Assembly (NCBI GenBank): GCA_001661245.1
Contig: KV454011.1
Span: forward strand, 1,776,041 to 1,840,040
Reading direction: 5' to 3'
Source of the DNA: Pachysolen tannophilus NRRL Y-2460
Taxonomy: Eukaryota
DNA: 64,000 nt
The position numbers and the translations under genes are program-made. The notes under the pieces are model-generated. The model searched no databases and was not told the DNA's origin. It saw only the letters and a program-made list of their open reading frames with translations. Positions 55,594 through 64,000 of the stretch are shown piece after piece; the stretch's first letter is position 1, and every line of letters begins with the position of its first letter.

Positions 55594-56093
55594 ATAAGTA
55601 GGAAATAAGTAGAAACACAAAGTAGTGCGGTATGTATTAATTAATTAAAAAAGAGTGTTTATTCCATTTTTTGTTGTTGCTCATTTTCTTTTTAAATAAG
55701 AAACAAAAGAGAGAAACCCATGTATTTTGATTACAGATAGATAAAACTAAATAGAATTAGTTAAATTAGTCTTTATTTTATTTTGTCTGTCTGTTTCTTT
55801 AGCAGTGATTTGATTAATTTTTCTATATGAGTCTCTGCTTTGAAATTGGACTAAGAAAGAACTTAAATAATGAAAAAGAGAAGTTGGGGAATTACAAGAG
55901 GTAATAGAAATGTAGGTATTTATTATAATATTTGTACATTTCGATAAATCTTTTAATTTTTCTTTCTACTCTTTCTTCATTTCCCTTTTAATGGAGTTTA
56001 ACATAATGAAAAAAAAAGAAAAAAATACTTATATTAAACTAATGGCATAGGGAGACATATCTGTAAATAAATAAATAAAAAAAATATGAGAAT

Positions 56094-56124
<31 letters not shown>

Positions 56125-56175
56125 AATAAATGTATTTACATAGATGGGGGTATATTTTTATTGGAAATCTTTTGT

Positions 56176-56827
56176 TTATGCCTTTTCCGAAGTTTTGCCC
56201 TCACTGCTTATTTCCTCTTCTTCAGCTGGAACTAATGCATTGGCCTTCTCCAATAAATCCGCCAATTCTCCAGATTGACTCATTGACATTATAATATCAC
56301 AACCACCAACAAATTCTTTATCAACGTACAACTGAGGGATGGTTGGCCACTGGCTAAACTCCTTAATTCCTTCTCTTAACTCGTTATCTTCCAATACATT
56401 ATAAGCAGCAAATTTTGCAGGATCAACACCTTGTTGACCCAAAATTTGAATTGTTGCTCTTGAAAATCCACAAGCTGGAGCTTCAGGAGTACCTTTCATA
56501 AACAACACTACCTTTGCTGAACCTACTGCTTTTTCAATAGCATTCTTGATTTCAGTTGAAATAAATCTTGTCATTAATGGCTGCCTAGTAGCCATAAAAG
56601 GAGTTATCCTATTAGCATGATGAAAACTTGGACGAATCTATTCAAAACAAAATACAATAATTTTTTTAGTTAGTAAAAAGAAATAATTAAATTGAAAATT
56701 AAACGGAAAATAACCCTTTTCCTCTTCCCCTTTCCTTCCCTTCTCTTCTCTTCTTTTCCCTAAAACTTCACTCTCTTATATAAATACTTACTGCTTGAGA
56801 TGTTTGTGAAAAAATTCTTGCAAACAT
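56176..56827 (-). CDS. GRX5: Mitochondrial monothiol glutaredoxin; exons 56827-56792 and 56637-56176
   Basis: VVLFMKGTPEAPACGFS, WPTIPQLY, FVGGCDI. The upstream exon MFARIFSQTSQA joins in frame and supplies the presequence. Confidence 0.94.
56638..56791 (-). other. Spliceosomal intron of GRX5 (154 nt)
   Basis: 5' GTAAGT, branch TACTAAC (56675-56669), 3' TAG; phase 0. Confidence 0.9.
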
Positions 56828-59711
56828 TGTTTTTAATTCCTATTTAAATGATAATATTACTAATAATTTTATAAAAAAATAGTTGGTTTTAAGTTTTGAT
56901 CTTTAGTATGAAGAAATAGAAGAAAAAAATTAAAAAGCAAAACCAAAGTAGTGTAGAGCAAACCAATCGAATTTCTTTTTTTTTCTCTGAAAAACTAAAA
57001 GTAGTGTCATATGGTATCATTTTCCAAATGCAGATTATTGTGTTATAACCACACTACCATGGTTTTGATCAATTAATTTTTAATTGTTAAAATATTGTTG
57101 ATCCCAATGGTAAGGTAAAAAAAAATTCAAAATCTTTATAGTATCAACTTTTTAAAAACTGCTACTCCAGGAAAAGATATTTGGAAATTTCCACATTTGA
57201 ATCAGTAAAAAAAGCAAAAAAGACATATTTGTAAATTTAAATTGACATCAGGAAATTAGAAAACGGAGTTTACCAATTCAAGTAAAGTAATGAAACGCAT
57301 TGCTTATATATGCTGCATGCTTTGCTTTGCTTTGCTTTGTTTTTTCTTCTTCTGATCTTGATTGTATGTATTCCTTAAGAAAATAATACAACATCTTTTT
57401 TTTTTTATTAGAGTTTTAATTTTTTTGATTTTATAGAAATCTAAAAGTTTATAATTGATAATGATAATTTTTGATAAACTTCGCCTAGTATTTAAAAAAA
57501 CTGTGTTAATCTGAATATTAATAATTTTTGAAAAATTAATTGAAAAAAATATATTTAACCGCAACTACAATTAACTATTAATCGGTATTTCCTGCCTCAA
57601 AACCAAGGCTTTTTACAAAGTGAGCAAACCATGTAAGTAATATAAGCCTATTGCTTCTCTGTGTGTATGACTGACTACTTCCAGAGAATATATTATGTTT
57701 GCTTGATTTGATTATACCCTCTTATTTGCTAGAATCTGTATAAAATTGTAAGAAAAGCCATGTAAATAAATTTGTTTCCTAGGAAATAATTTCTACAATT
57801 ATAAAGTGAAAAAAAATTAACTTCTCCACTTAATTTATCTTTTTCGCTTTTTGGAAAAATTTTTGGTAGAAAAACCTCTGCTAAAAATTTTTAGAAAGTT
57901 TATTTATCTTTTTTGTTTTTTAATTTCTTTAATTAATAAAGTAAGATGCATCTGAAATGGTCTTTGCATGAACATTTCCCGATAAATTGGAAAACTTTTA
58001 TCGATCCATACCGAACCACTTTTAGTTTCAAAAAAAAAAAAGAAAATGGAAACGGCACGTTTAATTGATACTCTATCTATATCGATTATTTAAAATTTTA
58101 GTTTAACGATTAAAGAATTTTGACTAGTGGTGAATGCATAAATATTCTTTCTCTTTTATTCAATTTACTCTTTGTCTAGGCTCCATACAAAATATATATT
58201 ATATATATATATATCGCGATTATTTTATTAGAAAACCCCCCCCCCCTTGTAACCTTTATCGTGAATTCGTGTATGTAATGTGTGTATGTATATCACGAAG
58301 TCGATAAATTATCTCCCCTCCGCGAAAATCTGCTACAGGATTATTCGGGAAAAAAAAAAAAAAATTTTTTTTATTTTATTTTTCTTAATTTATTTAGCTG
58401 GCCCGTAGAGGCAAAGTAGGACCAGAGACCGTATAAACAATTCACCGTACAGATTTCCCGTACCGTACCCGCGCAGATGAATGTGTAATGTGTAATGTTA
58501 AATGTGTTGTGGTTTTTTCCAAAAACTTCTCCAAACTCTAAATACATGACGCCAAACTAATGAAAACTTTTTTCCGCTATCCACTGAATCTCTAATTTCT
58601 TCTCCGAAAAGTCTAATAATAGGAATAGAAAAACAAAGAACCTGTGTTATCTGATGTTTTTTTTTTTGCTTTCTTTTTCTTTTCTTTTTTTTTTTTTTTT
58701 TTTGTTTTTTTTTACTGTTCTTCAGAGTGAAAAAGGCCGGGCAACCGAGAAACTGGTCACTAAATTTTTAATATTTACCGCCATCGCCGCCAATGCCACT
58801 GAATTTTTTGGTAACCACAAGTTACCATTTAAAAAAATTTCTTCTATGAAATTCTAATTGCAATACCGGTGTCACGTTACCTGTGGAACTTAACTCACTT
58901 TACTGCAAGCAATAAAGACAAAAATTCTCAATTAAGAGAGTGTATGTAAAACCATAAATCTCTCAACATGTATAGGGAATTAACTGACTCTATAGTAGGA
59001 GAAAGAAATAAGGTCTTAAACAATTGTATAATATGTGGTACATAAGAATTACCAAGGAAAAAAAAACACGAAAAACTGGAGAACTTTTTCTTTTCAAAAA
59101 AGACTAGGCCACCGTTTATTATATGGGAAGAACTAGACGGCCCATTAATCGTGTGTTTCGCAGCGGTATTAATTATTTCAGAAGCAGGAGAAATTCTTTT
59201 ACACACAAAAAAGAAATCTTCTCCGTCTTCTCGAGTATTTTAAGTTTAAGCGGTACTATTGTACGTGTATATGCATTTCTATCGAGAACCTTGCATGAAA
59301 CCTTAAACTTGTATTTCCTTTTATAGTTAAGTAATTGATTCGACGAACTTCTAATAAAAGAAACAATCGTTAATTTAAACTTACAAAAACCTCTCTTGAA
59401 AGTAAATTAATTATAGATTTCTTTATGGAAATAAATAATAATAATACCGAACCTTTTCTAGCGATCTATATAAAGGAAGGAATTCTTCCACTTTTATCAG
59501 AGTTTTCTTACTTTTCTTTTTTCTTTTTTTTTTTTTTTTCAGATCATTATCAAAACTAACTAACTAGTTAATTTCTTATTATCTTAATTGGTTGATTTGT
59601 ATTGTTTAATTATTCGTTCGCTTGTTGATCAATATTTTCATCTTAGATTGTTAATATAGTAAACAAATAAATCCAAAAACAAAAAAAAAAATCAAAAGAA
59701 TTATATAAAGC

Positions 59712-60695
59712 ATGAAATTCAGCACTAGTGTTTTAATTTCAGTCGCGTTAGCTTCTCAAGCGTTAGCTGCTTATGTTCCATCTGAACCATGGACAACATT
59801 AACTCCATCCGAGCCATACTTGTCGGGTGCTATCACTGATTACCCATACAGTTTCGGTATCGCTGTTAACAGACTTGGTTCTTCTACTACTAGTGCAGCC
59901 AGTTCTGCAACTAGTGCTGCTTTGAGAAAGAGAGCAGTTACTCAAATTGCTGATGGTCAAATTCAAGCTGCAACTTCAACTGCTTCCACTTCATCATCAT
60001 CTTCTTCTAGTTCTTCTGAGAAGGTCACTACAACTGTTGAAGCTGTTTCTCAAATCACTGATGGTCAAATCCAAGCTGCAACTTCAACTACTACTTCTTC
60101 TTCTAGTTCTTCTAGCTCTGAGAAGTCTACTTCAACCGTTGAAGCTGTTTCTCAAATTACTGATGGTCAAGTCCAAGCTGCTACTTCAACTTCCAGCTCT
60201 GAAAGTTCTACCTCTACCGTTGCTGCTGTATCCCAGATCAGTGATGGACAAGCTCAAGAGGAGACTTCAACTACTTCAGGCTCTACAACTGCCTCTGCCA
60301 CTGCTTCATCTACTGCAAGTGACTCTGAATCCACTTCAAGTTCAGCTATTGAAGATGTTGAAGGTGATGAAGTTGAAGATCCAGTTACCGAAGTTTCATG
60401 TGCTTCAGATGATACTTTAACTTTACATTTAAACAGTTCGATCTTGACAGATGCCAAAGGTAGAATTGGTTCTATTGTTGCAAACTATCAATTCCAATTT
60501 GACGGACCTCCACCTCAAGCTGGTGCCATCTACGCTGCAGGTTGGTCCATTACTGATGACGGTCTTTTAGCAATTGGTAACAGCACTACTTTCTACGAAT
60601 GTTTATCAGGTACTTTCTACAACTTGTACAGTGAAGATATCGGAAGTGTTTGTTACGAAGTTGAATTGACAATTGTCGATTTAGAAACTTGTTAA
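59712..60695 (+). CDS. PIR-family cell-wall mannoprotein
   Basis: Signal peptide, [13 protein letters not shown], Kex2 site LRKR, four (S/T)QIxDGQxQ repeats, and the 4-Cys domain [31 protein letters not shown]. Confidence 0.95.
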   Translation: MKFSTSVLISVALASQALAAYVPSEPWTTLTPSEPYLSGAITDYPYSFGIAVNRLGSSTTSAASSATSAALRKRAVTQIADGQIQAATSTASTSSSSSSSSSEKVTTTVEAVSQITDGQIQAATSTTTSSSSSSSSEKSTSTVEAVSQITDGQVQAATSTSSSESSTSTVAAVSQISDGQAQEETSTTSGSTTASATASSTASDSESTSSSAIEDVEGDEVEDPVTEVSCASDDTLTLHLNSSILTDAKGRIGSIVANYQFQFDGPPPQAGAIYAAGWSITDDGLLAIGNSTTFYECLSGTFYNLYSEDIGSVCYEVELTIVDLETC

Positions 60696-60928
60696 GAAGG
60701 AGGGATCAAGGTTATCTATCATCTATTAACATTTAATATTATTTAAGGGGGAAAAACGCGTGTTTTAAGGGGAAGCGCGTCTGTTAAAAGATTTTTTTTG
60801 TCTAAACTTTATTTTTATTTTTATTTTATTACTTTTTTTTTTTTTCTTTACAAACTATACCTTAGGGATATTTTTAATGAAAGGTTCAACTGTTGTCTTT
60901 TTTATTTTTGCAAAAAAAAAAAAAAAAA

Positions 60929-61215
60929 NNNNNNNNNNNNNNNNNNNNNNNNNNNNNNNNNNNNNNNNNNNNNNNNNNNNNNNNNNNNNNNNNNNNNNNN
61001 NNNNNNNNNNNNNNNNNNNNNNNNNNNNNNNNNNNNNNNNNNNNNNNNNNNNNNNNNNNNNNNNNNNNNNNNNNNNNNNNNNNNNNNNNNNNNNNNNNNN
61101 NNNNNNNNNNNNNNNNNNNNNNNNNNNNNNNNNNNNNNNNNNNNNNNNNNNNNNNNNNNNNNNNNNNNNNNNNNNNNNNNNNNNNNNNNNNNNNNNNNNN
61201 NNNNNNNNNNNNNNN
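60929..61215. other. Assembly gap (287 N)
   Basis: Run of N after a poly-A tract. A single N also occurs at 14308 in a poly-T tract. Confidence 0.99.
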
Positions 61216-61920
61216 CTTTCTTTTACGTTAGTCTATTTCTTTTTTCTTTAATTTTCTTTTTTTTTTTTTTTTTTTTTTAGTATTTTTTTTCAATATTTTT
61301 TAAATCAAAAAGTTGATATGTATCATTTTACAGTGATGCAAAGAAGAAAACAGAGAACAAAATAAAAACTTTTTCTCTTTGATCACTTGTAACTATATCA
61401 ATCATATTTTAATTTATAAGTCGCTCATTTATAGAAATTTTATTGTGAAAATAAATGTAGAAAAATTTTAAGAGATCTTTTTTTATGTACTAAAATGGTT
61501 AGCGCGATGGCCTAAAACGCGTAGTATTATTTATTTCCTGTTTTGAAGGTTAAAATAATTTTTTAAATATTCGGTACTATTGTTGTATAGTAGTGTAATA
61601 ATAGTCTAATAGTGTAGTAGTCTAGTAGTGTATTGCTTACCCAAGCAAAGCAATAAGAGAAGAGGCCATATACAGTAAATCATAAAACAGTGAATCCAAA
61701 CTACTATTATAATAGTCGCGATTAACGCACCTCATGTTACTTTACCTCCGAATAGAGAGAGAGGCTGCCAGAGTAATCATTAATATTTAATAAATTAAAA
61801 TACAAATAGAAAAATATTATCTATCGGGGAAGAGAACAAAAATCATTATGGGTTTCTTCTATTTTTTTTTTTAAATTTTTTTTAACTTTTTTTTTTTTTT
61901 ATACAGCGAATAAGCTGATG

Positions 61921-61951
<31 letters not shown>

Positions 61952-62672
61952 TTCTTTTAATAAAAAAAAAAAAAATGTATTTTTGGCGAACAAAATTTTT
62001 TCTTTCCTAGTTATTAGTACCAAATGATGATTTTTTTTTTCTCATGCAGGATCAAATGATGGTTTTTTTTTTTAACTTTTTTTTACTTTTTTTGACTGTT
62101 TTTTTTTTGCCTTTTACTTTTCGGAGGCGCTCTATCTAAAAATCTACCGGAAAACAAAATTCCACTTAGTTACATTGGCAGTAAATGGCCATCGGCGGTA
62201 AATAACGGTGAGACTTTCTCGAATCGGTAGTAGAATTTACGTAGTAAAAATGCGCGATTAAACCACAAGTGGAAACAAAAAAAAAAAAAATTAAGTGGCA
62301 GCAACGTTGCGTTGTATAGTTAAAAAAGAGGTGAAAAAATTAAGTGGTAAGTGGTAAGTGAGTGGTTATATGTAAAAAAAATAAGATCATCACTTGATAA
62401 ACGGATGTCATGTTAGCTTGCACGATTTGCTTAATTTTTCCGAATAAATTAATATTTATTATGGATTTAAATTTATTATAAATTAAATGATTGAGCAGCT
62501 TTCTTTTATGAAACAATATAAATTAAATTAGATTATATTATTTTATTTTTTATTTTCTTTTTTTATTGCTTCATAGTAATAAATAATTAATTTAGTTTTA
62601 GTATAGGTTGATTAATTATTATATAATAATAATTATAATTATAATAATAGTAGCAATAATAATAAGAAAAAA

Positions 62673-64000
62673 ATGTCTACTATTACTTTAGGTCAATATT
62701 TGTTTGAACGTCTTCATCAATTGAAGGTTGATTCTGTCTTTGGTGTTCCAGGTGATTTCAATTTAAGATTATTGGATGATATCGATGAAGTTCCAGGTAT
62801 GAGATGGATTGGTAATGCCAATGAATTAAATGCTGCTTATGCAGCAGATGGTTATTCAAGAGTCAAAGGTTTAGGTGCTCTTGTCACCACTTTTGGTGTT
62901 GGTGAATTATCTGCCTTGAACGGTATTGCCGGTGCTTATGCTGAACATGTTGGTTTGATCCATATTGTTGGTGTTCCAGCGGTTTCTTCTCAACAAAAAC
63001 AATTGTTGTTACATCATACTTTAGGTAATGGTGATTTTTCTGTTTTTTATAGAATGTCAAAGGAAATTTCACATGCTTCTAGTTTCTTAAAAGATGCTGC
63101 TTCTGGTCCTTCTGAAATTGATAGATTATTAAGAGATGCTTATATTTATCAAAAGCCAGTTTATTTGGGTTTACCAGCTAATTTGGTCACCGCCCCAGTT
63201 GAAAGATCTTTATTGGATACTCCAATTGATTTAGAATTACAACCTAATAATCAAGAAGTTGAATCTGATTTCATTGAAGATATATTAAAGATGATTAAAG
63301 ATGCTAAGAACCCAGTCATCTTGGTTGATGCTTGTGCTACAAGACATAGTGTTAAACTTGAAACAAAACAATTAATTGAAGCTACAAAATTCCCTGTTTT
63401 CGTCACACCAATGGGTAAAGGTGCTGTTGATGAAAATAATCCAAGATTTGGTGGTGTTTACGTTGGTTCATTATCTAACCCAGATGTTGGTCAAGCTGTT
63501 GAATCTGCCGATTTGGTCTTATCTGTTGGTGGTTTACTTTCAGATTTTAACACTGGTTCTTTCTCTTATTCATACAAGACTAAAAATATTGTTGAATTCC
63601 ATTCTGATTACTGTAAAATCAGATCAGCTGTTTACCCAGGTCTTCAAATGAAATTTGTTTTACAAAAATTATTGAAACTCGTTGGTGCCGCAGCTAAAGG
63701 TTACACACCAGTACCTGTTCCATCAGTTAAATTGATCAACACTCCTGCACCACAAGGTACCTTGTTAAATCAACAATGGTTATGGACTAAAGTTTCATCA
63801 TTCTTCAGAGAAGGTGATATCGTTATCACTGAAACAGGTACTTCAGCCTTTGGTATTGTTCAATCAAGATTCCCAAAAAATACTACTGGTATCTCTCAAG
63901 TCTTATGGGGTTCCATTGGTTACACTGGTGGTTCAGTATTAGGTGCTGTCTTGGCTGCTCAAGAAGTTGACCCAACCAAGAGAGTTATATTATTCATTGG
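62673..64000 (+). CDS. PDC1: Pyruvate decarboxylase, 5' part (runs off the window; missing from the ORF track)
   Basis: MSTITLGQYLFERLHQLKVDSVFGVPGDFNL, GNANELNAAYAADGYSR, TTFGVGELSALNGIAG, LLHHTLGNGDF, ETGTSAFG, SQVLWGSIG; strong codon bias. The paralogue number is uncertain. Confidence 0.92.
   Translation, partial: MSTITLGQYLFERLHQLKVDSVFGVPGDFNLRLLDDIDEVPGMRWIGNANELNAAYAADGYSRVKGLGALVTTFGVGELSALNGIAGAYAEHVGLIHIVGVPAVSSQQKQLLLHHTLGNGDFSVFYRMSKEISHASSFLKDAASGPSEIDRLLRDAYIYQKPVYLGLPANLVTAPVERSLLDTPIDLELQPNNQEVESDFIEDILKMIKDAKNPVILVDACATRHSVKLETKQLIEATKFPVFVTPMGKGAVDENNPRFGGVYVGSLSNPDVGQAVESADLVLSVGGLLSDFNTGSFSYSYKTKNIVEFHSDYCKIRSAVYPGLQMKFVLQKLLKLVGAAAKGYTPVPVPSVKLINTPAPQGTLLNQQWLWTKVSSFFREGDIVITETGTSAFGIVQSRFPKNTTGISQVLWGSIGYTGGSVLGAVLAAQEVDPTKRVILFI

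Noticed and set aside
56830..59710. 2.9-kb gene-free region as a hidden gene, LTR or centromere
   Set aside because: No credible ORF, terminal repeats or RNA motif seen. SCB-like CGCGAAA (58321) and CACGAAA (59067) fit a long cell-wall gene promoter.
60798..61280. ORFs spanning the N run
   Set aside because: Artefacts of the assembly gap.
62884..63651. Short ORFs at 62884-63072 and 63376-63651
   Set aside because: Alternative-frame or antisense shadows of the PDC gene.

Overview
AT-rich, intron-poor budding-yeast (Saccharomycotina) chromosomal DNA. It holds about 29 protein genes, two tRNA genes (Pro-UGG; intron-containing Phe-GAA) and one 287-nt N gap. CTG codons fall at conserved Ala positions and alternate with GCT inside a tandem repeat, which indicates the CUG=Ala genetic code; a Pachysolen/Nakazawaea-type yeast is my inference, and the supplied ORF translations are wrong at CTG. 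Recognisable genes: RPT2, GYP7, IES2, HNM1, SRP21, SSH4, NNF2/acrB-like, RRG8, ESP1, a complex I subunit, PAN1, AAR2, YNL190W/PGA14-like, SRP1, DTD1, XKS1, SPC1, a XYL2-like dehydrogenase, a MATE transporter, GRX5, a PIR protein and partial PDC. Main anomalies: (1) PAN1 is split by a clean ~1.1-kb internal inversion, and reversing it restores one 1556-aa ORF; (2) a putative transcription factor gene is broken by a -1 frameshift at an A-AAA-AAC heptamer; (3) the xylulokinase ATG lies 2 nt after the SPC1 stop, next to a divergent xylitol dehydrogenase. Items 1 and 2 could be assembly or sequence errors and need read-level checks. All homology calls are from recalled motifs, not database searches.
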